Positions 11,527-25,324 of a DNA stretch of 64,000 nt are shown here, in pieces (positions within the stretch are counted from its first letter, which is position 1; the number at the start of each line of letters is the position of its first letter). Made by a program: the position numbers and the translations under genes. The notes beneath the pieces are model-generated. The model did no database searches. It was given only the letters and a program-made list of their open reading frames with translations, and was not told where the DNA came from. Source of the DNA: Octopus sinensis (Eukaryota); assembly GCF_006345805.1 (NCBI RefSeq), contig NC_042997.1:202244001-202308000 (forward strand). The letters are read 5' to 3'.

Positions 11527-12659
11527 TTAATATCTAGTTTACTACAAAATTTGTTACTTTTATGCTGCTGCCAATAGTATGTGCCATCATACTGATAATT
11601 TGATTATGATTCACTGAAGATCTTTTTTAAAACTGAAGTAATGGTGAGTGGGCTACCTTTTCGGGTCCGATAGGGCAACACCTTGTTTGGCCATGCTTGT
11701 CTAAGTAGTAATTATTCTGAGCCCCAGCATCACAAAATTTCACATCACACTTGTAACTCATCTCCACACATAGTCTTCAACAAAATCAATACCAATAGGA
11801 GATAGATACAGGAATACAGCATTCATTCTACCCATGATGCAACTTGTGAGGTCTTAGGAGTGGTTAGAGTCATCGATCCTGCTGAGCAGGTCTTTAGTGT
11901 TGTCGTAGACATCTGGAGACATCTCAATTAGTGCACGTTTGATCATTTGAATGTAATATCTTGCCTGAAGCAGAATAAACCTAAGTTGGGTACATTGATA
12001 ACTTTCATAATTTTTTACTTGTTTATGCTCTTTTTTTTCCTTTCCAAGAAGGAATTTTTTTGTTATTGTTTTCCTTTTATCTTGGTAATGTTTATAATTT
12101 CTTAGAAGAAATTACGTGTGTGTGTGTTTATATATATAATATTGAAATCACGAGGCAAAGAATTATAGTAGAGTTCAAAGTACTCAGATATTTTTCTTTT
12201 TAATGAAACAATTATCCAGCAGTGTTATTTCTTAACTAAATAAAGTTCTGTTAATCTCTAATCCTAGATCCATCATCTTAACATATGTAACCCCACAGAA
12301 AGTAACAATGGGTGCAGTCATAGCAATGTTATTAACAACTTCAATTTGAAACAATATGAGACCAAGTTCAATCCCATTCTTTAATAATGTCTTCTACCAG
12401 AACTTCAGATTAACCAAAGCCTTGGAAGTGAAATTTGGAGGACAAGAAACTGTGAGAAACACTATCGGAGGGACTACTTCTGTCCAATCTAACACCAGTT
12501 GTGTGCAGTTATAGTGAAGTCAACACTGCAGCATGCAGAGTCCCCTCTGTTGTACCAGTCTGAGGATAAATTTCTCCCTCCCTCCAATCTGAGACACTGG
12601 CAACATTCGTGATTGTTGCTTTCTCGTCTCACTAACCCCTTAAAAAATAAATTTCTTTT

Positions 12660-13025
12660 ATGTAAGAAGCTTGCTTCCCAACCACATGGTTCTGGATTCA
12701 GTCCTACTGTGTGGCACCTTGAGCAAGTGTCTTCTGCTATAACCTCAGGCTGACCAAAGCCTTGTGAGTGGATTTGGTAAACAGAAACTGAAAGAAGCCC
12801 ATCGTGTATATTTATGTTTGTGTATGTGTGTGTCTGTGTTTGTATCCCAAACATTGCTTGACAACCAATGTTGGTGTGTTTATGTCCCGTAACTTAGTGG
12901 TTCAGCAAAAAGAGACCGATAGAATAAGTACTAGGTTTTCAAAGAATAAGTTGTGGGGTAGATTTGTTTGACTAAAGGCAGTGCTCCAGTATGGCCATGG
13001 TCAAATGACAAACAAGTAAAAGAGT
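12660..13025 (+). mobile_element. SINE family A
   Basis: Colinear with the 4745-5110 copy, from the tRNA head to the CAAGTAAAAGAGTA tail. Confidence 0.85.
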
Positions 13026-13525
13026 AAATATATTCATGGTGTTGGGTATATATTCAGGTAAACTATAAAGTCACATTCATCATGGTTTTACTGTCCACTT
13101 TTCTATACTCACATGAATTGGACAAAATTTGTTTCTATGCCCAGAAACCCTTCCTGTCCCCAACCCTCACCCGTTTCCAAGCTCAGTAACATTTCCCCAT
13201 AGCCAGACAGGTTTTTTTTTTCATGGAAGACTGACAACAAACAACATTGCTTGTATGATGGTGATGCTTATTTACAATTATCAAGTGACATTAAAACAAG
13301 GAGCCAAATATGGGGACGGACACACACATACATTCACTCTCAAAACAACTGGTTTCTTTCAGCTTCTGTCCTACCAAATCCTTTCCCAAGGTTTTAGTTG
13401 GCCTGGGGTTATATAGAAGACATTACTAAGAAGACACCCTGTGAATGAACCCTTGGCTACATGCTAGGGGAAGTAAGCTTCTTGACCACATTGCCATAAA
13501 GTCAGATATGTATTCAAATAGATTA

Positions 13526-13934
13526 TCTATAATATAAATTGGACATGGGCGATCGTTGTATTCTTCCTTGTCTTGAGGTTCACAGCCAAATGGCTGGGTG
13601 GATTCGCATGAAAAATGGCACATATGTGGAGACAGATGCATAGATTGGAATGCAGTTTGTATTTTTTTCCTAGCCCCCATACTTACCAAGAAAATCGATT
13701 AAAAATTTTCTAATGGAATTTCCCTCTTTTTTTCTGCCATTAAAACAACCAGTTGCTTAGAAGCTGTTTTCTGACAGGGTGGGGTCAGGAAATTTTCATA
13801 TGGTTGAAGGCTCCAATTGAAACAGGGTCCCGAAATGATAAGGTTGACAAACGCTGTTATAGGTTATGCCTAACCGAAAACAATCACAGCAACATCATCC
13901 AATTAGACCGGGTGAAACCGGGCTTAGCTGCTAG
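13526..13934 (+). mobile_element. Non-autonomous Helitron
   Basis: 5' A|TCTATAATATAAA; 3' GC-rich hairpin CCGGGTGAAACCGG (13908-13921) about 10 nt upstream of terminal CTAG|T; inserted between A and T with no TSD. Confidence 0.7.
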
Positions 13935-15196
13935 TTTACATATAAATTTTATAATCTATTTTCTCTGCTTCTTCCTTTTTTTCTGTCAGAATCTATTAGT
14001 CAGAGGTTAGTTGCTCCTCATTAAAACTGAAGATCACAATCCACAAACATGGAAGAGAGCAAAAATCAATGGATGAGTTTTTTTTTGTTTTTTGAAAATG
14101 AAAGAATCGGTTTCTAATGAGAGTTGAAACAACTTGGTAACTTAATTTTCTACAAGGTTCAATGGAAACTAACAATATAATAGCTGTTTGTAAATTACTA
14201 ATAATAGATGTGGGGAAGGATAAATGTTGGTTGTGGAGAAATACAGTGAGAAGCCATTTGAAATATGCTTGCTTTCTCTCATAAACTCTGTATTTCTTAT
14301 TCATAAACTGCTATATTTCTTTATGAAATAAATAAAAGAAATTATTTAATTCTTGTTTTATTTTTATATATGGCTTCAAACCACACAGACGTGCATGTAA
14401 TCGTTTCTTTTTTTTTAAAATATTTTAGTGTTTTATAAGATTTATCAAAATGGCCATTTTAATAACATTAGCTACAATGATATCTATTTAAATCATATTG
14501 TATATTTTGAAATTTTGTCACAGGCAAGATCTTTGAAGGTTTCTGAAGATAGAGATTTCTTGTTTCTCTAGGAACGCCACAGTTAAATATTAGTTCCATA
14601 TATAATGCAGCTTTTTCCTCTTCTCCTTCCTCCTCCTCCTCTTCATTATTATTTGTTATATTTTATTCTCATCATCACAAATAATTCAGTAACTCCAAGA
14701 TAAAACGAGACTATTAGATGATTTTATTCTGTACCATATTTCCACACTTCTATCATCTCTGCCCACATAGTACCTTACATTGCGTCTCTACCTGCCTTCC
14801 AGTATATATTTTTATCATTTCATTTTGTAAATATTTGTGAACTCATTCTATTTTAAATACAATTTGTTATTATTATTATTATCATTTTACACATGACTAG
14901 AGCTAATCTATAAACTTGATTCTCTTTTTCAAATTGGCAAGTTTTTCCATAAATTCCTTATTGTTCGGTTAAATATAACCAAAACTCACTCGTTTCCTTT
15001 TTGACATTTTCATAAGTCGAGCCATTCATTCAGCATCGCCAGTGCCATGTTTCCAAATAAATAAAACTATTCATTTTTATATTTGCTACTTTTACAAGGA
15101 AACTCACTGAAGTTTGCAGCTATGTTTATTGAACAATGTATTCCATATTCCTTCAGTTCAATGTGATGGAATATTATTGCAGCTGACATATATAGC

Positions 15197-15212
15197 TGTG
15201 TGTATATATATA

Positions 15213-15253
<41 letters not shown>

Positions 15254-15928
15254 GTATTACTATATTGTAGGAGAAAATTGTTTTCCTATTTTGTTTCCTT
15301 TATATTTATGTTACATTTTATTTTATGCATACATTCTCTCTCTACTTATTTGAGCATCTGTATATACCTGTGTGTATGTGTGTGTGTGTGCACGTGCATA
15401 TATATGACAGAATGCATGTGTTTGTATATATATATATATATATGTGTGTGTATGTATGTATTTGTAAATGTGTATGCATGTACATAAGTATATATACGTG
15501 TGTATGTATACATATATTTATGTATATGCACACACACACATGTATGAGAGAATGTGTGTGCTTGTATATATACTTGTATATATATGTATGTATGTATTTG
15601 TAAATGTGTATGCATGTACATAAGTATATATACATGTGTATGTATACATATATTTATGTATATATGCACACACACACACACATATATGGGAGAATGTGTG
15701 TGCTTGTATATATATTTTAATACATATGTTTATATTTGTATATATGTATATATACATGTGTGTATGTATATATATATTAATGCATACATGCATACACACA
15801 CACATGGGAGAATGTGTGTGCTTGTATATATATTTGTATGTATATGTATGTATATATTTGTACATGTGTATACATACATGTGTGTATGTATATATTTATG
15901 TATGAATGTATGCATACACACACACACT
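15197..15928. repeat. Compound (TA)/(TG)/(CA) microsatellite with higher-order ~120-140-bp units
   Basis: GAGAATGTGTGTGCTTGTATATA recurs at ~15548, 15690 and 15808; TTTGTAAATGTGTATGCATGTACATAAGTATATATAC at 15461 and 15597. Confidence 0.9.
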
Positions 15929-16258
15929 GTGCAAACCATATTACATATGAAATATTAAAACTTTGTGATACCTGTCGATTCCTGTCTTATTTATGAAATA
16001 TATCTTCTGTCAATATTGGTGATGTGCTGCTCTAAATAGAGAAATGAGAATTTTATATTACATTTCTTATGCAAAGCCAAATAAGAAGGGATAAAGCCCA
16101 GTGCTTTTATAATGCAGAGAGAAAAAAATAATAATAATAGTAGGAAAAAATATTCTTTTTCCACCTTAGTTGCTTCAAATAATAATAATGATAACGCCCC
16201 TTGCTGTCTCTGGTTGAGACTTGGGTGCAGCATGTATAAATTAAAGCAGAAACAAAAC

Positions 16259-16295
<37 letters not shown>

Positions 16296-16369
16296 GTAAA
16301 ATTTTAGTCCACAAGTAAGAAAGTATTCTAATATTGGATATTCATTCATAGCCCTCTTTGATCCAGTGA

Positions 16370-16400
<31 letters not shown>

Positions 16401-16809
16401 CTTATTTATTTATTTATTGTTGTCTTATTTCATTACTTTATATGTTTGTAGTAACTGAGAAACTAATCTCACCAGTCTATCACAGGTAACTTTTACCTGC
16501 AGGTAATATTGAACTCGACACTGCAAGACAATGAAGCACACAACAAAGATTTTTACACTACCTATATTGGCTGCATGAACTAAGCTATTTGTAATTTTAA
16601 TATATTGATAGGCCTACATACTTTTTTTTTCACCCCCTCCTAGGTTTGACCCAAGGGAACATTGAGGATGTGATAGCAGGTGATTGAGAGGGCTGCATCA
16701 ACACTCATTTGGTACTCATTTCTAGTCTCCTCAACTGGAACAACAGGAAATGAAGTGTCTTGCTCAAGAACACAATACACTACTTGAATCAGGAATTATG
16801 GTCTTGTAA

Positions 16810-17388
16810 AGAGGTAGACCCAGGAAGACATGGGATGAGGTAGTGAAGCATGACTTTCGAATGTTGAGCCTCACAGAGGCAACGTCGAGAGACCGAGACC
16901 TCTGGAGATATGCTGTGATTGAGAAGACCCGGCAAGTAAAGTGAGATCACAGCCGTAGCCTACACCAGTGTCGCATAACCAGCCCATTTAAAAAGTACTC
17001 ATTGTGAGATTTAAAAATAGTAATTTACATTTGAATTGTCAGGTGACACGCCATGCTTGAGGAGACTTAATGAGTCAAGTAAAATCAAAATCAAATCAAA
17101 ATCAAATGGAAATTGTAATTGTGGCCGATGACAGTGCTGCCTGACTGGCTCTCGTGCTGGTGGCACGCAATAAGCACCATTCATGCATGGGTTATTGCCA
17201 GTGCTGCCTGACTGGCTCACCATGCCAGTGGCACATAAAAAGCTCCATCCAAACATAGTCGATACCAGCTGTAGAAACTCTGCCAAATCAAGATTGGAGC
17301 CTGGGGCAGCTATCTGGTTCGCCAGCCCTCAGTAAAAATCGTCCAACTCATGCTAGCATGGAAAGCAGACGTTAAACGATGATGATGA
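16810..17388 (+). mobile_element. 5'-truncated RTE-clade LINE: ORF end plus full 3' UTR
   Basis: 16810-16944 reads RGRPRKTWDEVVKHDFRMLSLTEATSRDRDLWRYAVIEKTRQVK*, followed by the family B UTR and (GAT)n tail. Confidence 0.8.
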
Positions 17389-18692
17389 ATATAGACAGTA
17401 CACAACTGAATACCATTCTTGCAATTTATTCCTCACTCTACTGATTCTGCCAGCTTTCCTTAGCATGGACAATCTATTAGCTTTTTAAGATCCGCAATAA
17501 ATGATATTAATCAAAAAATTATCCAATTGAGACTTGTTAATTTATGGATTCATTTCCTCACTTCCCCATCACTTAGTATTTATCTCATGCAAGTGCCATA
17601 CATTTAAAAGCAAATGGAAATGCTTTTTGAGCCTCAAAGGGCTGTTAAGGGCCGGTGTGAAACTCAATTTTTATAACATGAAGCAGATGAAAGATGAGAC
17701 GTTGTTATGCCTGTTATTGATCCATTATATTTTTTGCAATATCTATGTATTGGATACAGGATTTTTATATAGATTCAGGTTTCTGCTGCTGATTGGTCTC
17801 TCCTACTTCTTCAGTGTGTTCTTTGGGATCTCTCCCACCTTTTCAGTGTGTTGTTTATCTTGTAATTTCATTTCATAATGGGAAAATCATGAAGTTCTTT
17901 TTTCTTTGAGTTCCATAAAAGTGTTTTTTATGCCGTTAGTGTTGTTTTGCAGTTCTCTTTATATTGGTTCCTTTGGTTACTTCTGTGTATTTTACGTGAC
18001 AGATGATCGTGTTCATATTTGCTAATGAAATTGACTGTGAGGTCATGGATGTCTAGAAAATATAGATTCAAGCAAAAGTGTTATGTGAGATAAATTGTAA
18101 ATTTATCATCACAGTGTGGGGAAATATATTTTCTTCTTCTTCTTCTTCATGAATTAAGTTCTGTGATAAGTTCAATCAACAAATATTTAATGTTACAAAT
18201 TAAAATGTCTTGAGATTTCATCATTGCTAATAAATGGAAAATGCTGAAACATCATTAAATACAACTATGATGGCAGCATTCCACATATTTAGTAATAAAG
18301 TGTGTGTGTATGTGTGCAAATCATGGAGTGGAGTCCCTCATGTGGTCCAGTTCCCTCTTTGACACTCTTCTGGCAATTCCAGGATAGGTGAAGATCTCCA
18401 ACCCCATAAGTCAATTCACCTCAGAGAAGGCCACTCCAATGTAAAATGTGCAGTTTGCTGGTCACTGGAGCCACCTTAACCCACTGACCCACTGTGGTCA
18501 GACCTCCAAGTCAGAAGAGTGGGATCTGGTTGTTCAGACTGACTCTCAGTTTAAAACCACTAAGCCCAGGCTGGGGGTGAAATCCCTGCAGTGATGAAGA
18601 AGTGACAAAAATGACTGGCAGTCACAACCTCCTTAACACCACATCTAAGAAATCTCTTTCTTTCTCATAATCTTTGGACACAATGCAATACC

Positions 18693-18922
18693 TATTTCTT
18701 TACTACCCACATGGGCTAAACACAGAGAGGACAAGCAAGGGCAGACAAATGGATTAAGTCGATTATATCGACCCCAGTGCGTAACTGGTACTTATTTAAT
18801 CGACCCCGAAATGATGAAAGGCAAAGTCGACCTCGGTCGAATTTGAACTCAGAATGTAACGGCAGATGAAATACGGCTACGCATTTCGCCCAGCGTGCTA
18901 ATGTTTCTGCCAGTTCACCTCG
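18693..18922 (-). mobile_element. SINE family C with 10-bp TSD
   Basis: ATGCAATACC at 18683-18692 and 18923-18932; B box and Meta-like domain on the minus strand. Confidence 0.85.
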
Positions 18923-19761
18923 ATGCAATACCATCACACTTTCATGTGTTTACGTTCCTGTTGCCTCATGCTTTTGATCTAAATGAAGCTGGGAAGTAAA
19001 TTTCTGCAATTCATTGTAGAAAGTTCACGCAGTGGAAGTTGTGGCTTCAAAACGGTATCTGTCAGTGTAGTGGTGATACTAGTTAGCTGATAATGCTACT
19101 TGTCACTACTGTTACTACTACAACTACATCTGGTGACTAAATATGCCTGTTAATATCAAATGGCACTAAACACTGATTGGTTGGTAGAATAGGAATGCCT
19201 ACAGACTTATTCAATAGTTGCAAATTAAATCTGGGTCCAAATTAATATCACTTGTCCAATTCAAATGTAGTCTTCTTTTTATCATTAGTCTCACTTACAA
19301 ATGTAAGAAGGGGGAAAATGGTATCTGTGGCTTACCTTTTTGAGATTTTAGTATGTTGATCTATTTTCAAGATGGACAGATGTGATATGAAGGAGATTTG
19401 GTTGATATTTCTAGCAGGTTGAGCAGCCACGTAGAGGTTTCCTTGTTGGCTTGTATGTCTTAGTTCTACGAAACAAAAAAAAATAAAAGAATGGCAATAA
19501 ATGTGCTGCTGGCTTTGTATGGTGCAAATTGAAAAGCCTTTTGTTGCTACCAGCTTCATTATAATGATAATACAAGCATTATAATTAATGTTTAATCTCA
19601 TGGCTAATTATCTTTATATAGAAGTATCATTTCTTTATTTTTGTCAATTATAACATTTTCTATATTTCCTGTATTGTATACTACATATATTGATATATAT
19701 ATTATTGTGAAGATTTGCACAAGTATTGTGTGTCTGTGTGTGTGTGGACTTAGATGGTTAG

Positions 19762-19777
19762 ATAGATAGATGGATGG

Positions 19778-19816
<39 letters not shown>

Positions 19817-19889
19817 TATGTATATGTGTATATATATAATATATAATATATATATATGTGTGTGTATATATATATAATATATATATGTG

Positions 19890-19938
<49 letters not shown>

Positions 19939-19955
19939 GTGTGTATGTATGTGTG

Positions 19956-20026
<71 letters not shown>

Positions 20027-20027
20027 C
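19762..20027. repeat. (TA)n-rich compound microsatellite
   Basis: Direct inspection. Confidence 0.95.
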
Positions 20028-20149
20028 CAGGATAGTTATATTGAAAGACACATAGTAATGGGAGCAATCAAACTTACCAACCCATATACAAAGGTTTATA
20101 ACTAGCTTTGTTTAACTATGTCTATGCAGCAGTGAATGAGATCGATTAA

Positions 20150-20660
20150 TATTGGTTTCAAATTTTGGCATAAGGCCTGCAATTGTGGGCGGTGAGGTGT
20201 GAAAGTCGATTACCTTGACTCCAGTGCGTAACTGGAGCTTTCTTTATCAACCTCAAAATGATGAAAGCAAAGTCAATCCCTGCAGCATTTGAACTCAGGA
20301 TGGAAGGAGTGTCACTAAGTGGGGTTTTTTTTCCAGCACAGTAACAATTCTGCCAGCTTGCTACCTTAAGATCAGTTAATATTGATATGATCCTTTTAGC
20401 ATGCCCGGCGAAATGCTTAGTGGTATTTCATCTGTTTTTACGTTCTGAGTTCAAATTCTACTGAAATTGACTTTGCCTTTCATCCTTTCGGGGTCAATAA
20501 ATTAAGTACCAGTTGCATACTAGGGTCGATCTAATCGACTGGCCCTGTCCCCAAAATTTCGGGCCTTCAGCAGAAACAAATATTGATATGATCCTCATCT
20601 GTCTTTACGTTCTGAGCTCAAATTCCACCAAGATTAACTTTGCCTTTCATCCTTTCGGAG
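20150..20660. mobile_element. Cluster of three SINE family C copies (one minus, two plus)
   Basis: TTCTGAGTTCAAATTC and TTGCCTTTCATCCTTTCGG motifs at ~20445 and ~20610, reversed at ~20150-20370. Confidence 0.75.
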
Positions 20661-20965
20661 AAAGAGGTTAACTGTGCTTGCAGAGTCACTGGGTAACAAA
20701 ACTAACAGGTGCAGATAGTCCAGAGTAACGTCTGTGCAAGCAGTTTCAGTATATAGAAGTGAGGGAGCTAAGAGAACCGGTTGATAACAAGAACAATGGC
20801 TTCAGAGAGAGAGAGAGAGAGAGACAAGAGGAGGTGGATGTGTAGAGACACAGGATAAGAGATAATTGAAATATAAGAGATAGCAGGGATGACAAGGGTA
20901 GCTAAAACAACTGGTGGTGTTTATTACTAACATTCCATCCGTGAGAGAAATTTCAATTTTTATTT

Positions 20966-21092
20966 TTTTACTACCCACAAGGGGCTAAACAGAGAGAGGA
21001 CAAACAAGGGCAGACAAATGGATTAAGTCGATTACATCGACCCCAGTGCATACCTGGTACTTATTTAATCGACCTCAAAAGGATGAAAGGCG
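20966..21092 (-). mobile_element. 5'-truncated SINE family C
   Basis: Matches the 3' half of 18693-18922. Confidence 0.75.
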
Positions 21093-21141
21093 AGAAATTA
21101 AAACATGGAGAATGTATATGTTACATAAACCAGTCATTTAA

Positions 21142-21362
21142 CCCTTTAGCATTTAAACCGGCCATATCTGGCCAAAAATATTCTACCTGTTTTATGTTCA
21201 AACTAGCCATATCTGGTCTCTCACACCAACCCTACAATATTGTTTAAAAAATTAACAGCTACCTCATCAAAATCTCATAGCTACAAGATAATGCATGATT
21301 AATTCAAAACAATGTGAATAAAAAAGGATTAATTTTGGCAGAATAATGCGAACACTAAAGGG
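21142..21362. mobile_element. piggyBac-type MITE family 2
   Basis: TTAA-CCCTTTAG...CTAAAGGG-TTAA; related copies at ~9245-9385, 29274-29493 and 36365-36587. Confidence 0.8.
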
Positions 21363-22420
21363 TTAAACAGTTGCAATGAACTTTCTCTATGGAGTTTATA
21401 AATGAAAACAATTAAGAAATACTTCATTAGATTCATCAATTTCAGTCTGTGGTCTGATAAGTTGTTGAATTACTGATAATAAAAAGTATGACTCAAAATA
21501 AGAACAGTTTGTCAGAGGTGAGAGAGAAGGTAGAAGAATTTCATGTGGTTGTGTGTGTATGTGTGTATGTAGATAGATAGTCTAGATGTGTATAGAGAGA
21601 TTGAATAATTGCTGTTTTGAATAGCATTACAGTTAACTAATGCTTAGAACTCCATGGAAATTCATGAATAGCCAACTTCCAATCAAGTATTTAAACAAAA
21701 TTTGTTCTCCAATTATCTTTGATTCTGTATATATTTGAATAATTTAGAATATATATATATCTGAGAGAAGAATAAAACAAAAGATTCAGTTAACCTCTTT
21801 ATTATAACATCATCTGGCATTTCAAGGTGATTTTGCAATCATCTCTGTAACAATTACCACACAACAAACTTGTATATGCTAGTGAAACACATGTAAAGGT
21901 TATTTGATATATGATGCAATAATAAGGAGTTTAACTAAATCTTCCATCATATCCTGCTCTCATAGATAAGTAGTATAGTTTGCATGAAGCATTGTCTGAT
22001 GTAGATAAATGTTTTTAATTTTCTTTAAAAAGCCAACTAATTGTGAGTCCTAAGAAATGATACAAGTTGATGGTTTGCTCTTTTATCTTGTGTTTCAATA
22101 TTTAGAGCTTAGAACCGATTCTTCAGGAAGTCTTTAGAGATTTGATGCTGTGAACTCACCATTTTTTTTTGAAAATTGCTTGGAAAAGGTCTTTATTCCC
22201 CACCCCATGTCCAAAAATTGAAATACTACACAAACTACAAGCCATTGAATTGTCTCTTATAACATGCATTGCTTTGGCTTTTCAAAAAAATTAAAAAAAC
22301 ATTGAACATTGCAGGTTCATAGGTGCCAATGCCATGTAAAAAGCACTTGTACCAGTGCCACATAATGCACCAATGTCAGGGTTGTGTAAAAGCACCTAGT
22401 TTACACTGTAAAGTGGTTGG

Positions 22421-22950
22421 CTCATGAGTGCAATTGCGCCCTTGGGTGGGGCAAACCCCACCCACAGGTGCAGTTGCACTCGTGAACACATTCTATTGCA
22501 CTCAAAGATCGATACATTCATGTACAAAATATAATAAATTTTTCAATTACAAAATTTATACTATATTCCGATGCCTATTTGCAACATAGGTCGCGTTTCC
22601 ATTATCACTTAAAACAGATAGACTCGAACAGAAATTGTTCCATTTGAATGGAAATTTTGTTTTCACTATAAAACACATATTGCTAGGTTTGTACCACCCG
22701 CTTCAGCCCCAACTACTCTCTAACTGAAAACTATAGAATACCTCATAAGTAATATCAATGTTCTAAATTCAGTGGTGGCATTAATGAAGATGTTACATGT
22801 TAATTTAATGTGTTAAACTTATCTCTATTAATGTATATCGAATTATATATAGATACATACAAGATTTACTCAGATATAAGTGTTAGAACTTGTAGTTCGC
22901 CCACAGACCTTTTTCTTGCCCACTGCATTAAAAAGTTTTCCCACTCCTAG
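22421..22950. mobile_element. Probable non-autonomous DNA transposon fragment (hAT-like end) inserted into an RTE UTR
   Basis: Interrupts a family B UTR after AAGTGGTTGG; right end AAAAGTTTTCCCACTCCTAG resembles a hAT TIR; begins with a 64-nt hairpin. Confidence 0.4.
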
Positions 22951-23026
22951 TCTAACCCATGCCAGCATGGAAAACAGACATTAAATGACGATGACACTGA
23001 TGATGATATATATATATACAATATTT

Positions 23027-23408
23027 GTGCCGGTGGCACGTAAGAGAACCATCCGAACGTGGATGTTGCCAGCGCTGCCCCAACTGGCCTCCGCGCCGGT
23101 GGCATGTAAAAAGCACCATCCGATTGTGGCCATTGCCAGCCTCGTCTGGCACCTGTGCGGGTGGCATGCAAAAAGCACCATCCGTCTGTGGCCATTTGCC
23201 AGCTCCGTCTGGCACCTGTGCGGGTGGCACGTAAAAAGCACCCACTACACTCTCGGAGTGGTTGGCATTAGGAAGGGCATCCAGCTGTAGAAACGCTGGC
23301 AGATCAGACTGGGCCTGGCGCAGCCTTCTGGCTTCCCAGACCCCAGTTGAACCGTCCAACCCATGCTAGCATGGAAAACAGACGTTAAACGATGATGATG
23401 ATGATGAT
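23027..23408 (+). mobile_element. RTE 3'-UTR fragment (family B), young, four tandem units
   Basis: GTGGCA(C/T)G(T/C)AAAAAGCACC units; CpG-rich; (GAT)n tail. Confidence 0.85.
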
Positions 23409-23696
23409 ATAATTAGTATACTGTTTTGTGAAGGTAAAATCAACAAAAAAAGTACTCCATTTGGTGAAAGATAAATATTGTTTAATAAATACAATGTATA
23501 TTTTTATGAGCTACTAATATCATCTCATGAAACTATTAGTAGCCCATAAAACTACGTACTGTTTATTAAACAGTGTGTGTGTGTTAGTTTTACAAGGAGA
23601 GTGGTGACAGTCTAATGGAAACCAGCAAGTTGAAACTTCATGGGCCAGTGTCACACTTCTTGTAATGGTAAAATAAATATGCACTCTCCAAGAAAT

Positions 23697-24068
23697 ACTC
23701 TCTTTTACTTATTTCAGTCATTTGACTGTGGCCATGCTGGAGCACTGCCTTTTGTCAAGCAAATCGACCCCAAGACTTATTCTTTGGGAGCCTAGTACTT
23801 ATTCTATTGGTTGCTTTTGCCGAACCGCTAAGTTACAGGGACATAAACACAGGCACACAAACATTTACACACACATACACATATATATATATATACATAT
23901 TTACGACAGGCTTCTTTCAGTTTCCATCTACCAAATCCACTCACAAGGCTTTGGTCGGCCCGAGGCTATAGCAGAAGACACTTGCCCAAGGTGCCATGCA
24001 GTGGGAATGAACCTGGAACCATGTGGCTGGTAAGCAAGCTACTTACCACACAGCCATTCCTGCACCTG
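23697..24068 (-). mobile_element. SINE family A
   Basis: Colinear with the 4745-5110 copy. Confidence 0.85.
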
Positions 24069-25324
24069 AGTAATGATGAGTGTGATGTAAAATTATTTTT
24101 ATCACAACTCGACATAAAAACACAGAGAGCCTCTAGGACACCACCACTCGTTGCCTGCTTTCATAATGACATTTCAACACACCGTGATATTAAGTTATCT
24201 TTTGACCAAATACTTGCAACACAGTGTATTCTCTTAAACTGTCCTTAGGACCGGAGTGTGGTATTAAGTCAATTCATAGATTAAGTCTGCTTCCAAAAAT
24301 ACCATTCTTTTTAAATGCAATGCCATAGTTTGTGGATGCACTGTTCTTGAGAGCTGTCTAAAGTGTAGAAAAGCATGGAAAGAATAAACCATACAGGTAG
24401 GGGTGGGGGTAAAAGAAAATAGCAAACATTCTGAAATATGACATAAATTGTATACAAGTTTTTGTTTGTTTGTTTTATTTCCTACTGCATTATATAACTC
24501 TGTTTTAGGTTCTTGTATATTAAAACTTTGACACTTGATTCTGAAAATGACATTTTTCATACAAGAAACAGCTGTTCACAGAAATGATCATTGACGATGA
24601 CAAGAATAAAAGGAAAAATAACTATTTCTTAAAAGAAGAAGACATGAAAATAAAGAATTTGTCTAAACATAAAGATGATGTTTGTTACTTTTATTCTGGT
24701 TCAGAAAAGGCAATCCTAAATATGTTCAGAGAACATTTTTTATTGATATAAATGCTTTTATTGTGGCAGTTTTAAGCAATGCCAACTTGTCAAGTGCTGT
24801 GAATTTTCTTTGATAGAATGTGTCATGTATTCCAAACCAAAGCATTTTGAAGTTTTGTTGTTGATAACCCTCCTCCACCTTTTCATTTAACTCTTTTCAT
24901 GTGGACAGCTATATAAATGCATGCTGGGTTGCCTATGTACTAGAAACACTTAGCTTGTATAGTCTCTGATTGATGGGATTGCTGTTGTTTTTAGCCCCTG
25001 GTAGGCCTTGATTGTGCAGGCCTATGATCAAAGGCTTTCCAACTATGACTAATTAATCTTGTAGTCAAGAACAGTGTATCTAAGGGTACCTTATTCAATG
25101 TGTCCTTCTTTAACTTTTTTTTTTATTCTCTGACATAAGTCATTCAAATAGCACATGTTGAAACAGTAACTCTTCCTCTCTACAAAGTTATTTCTCAACA
25201 TAGTTTCCATAACAAGCAATGCATCTGCACATGTTCATAACAAGCAATCCATATGGTGCATATGTAATGCTTGTTATGGAAACTCAATGAATTCAACTCT
25301 TTAAACTTCATTGAAAAAATTCAA

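Noticed and set aside
11620-11975. Possible Gypsy gag remnant on the minus strand
   Set aside because: Similarity is too faint to support by eye
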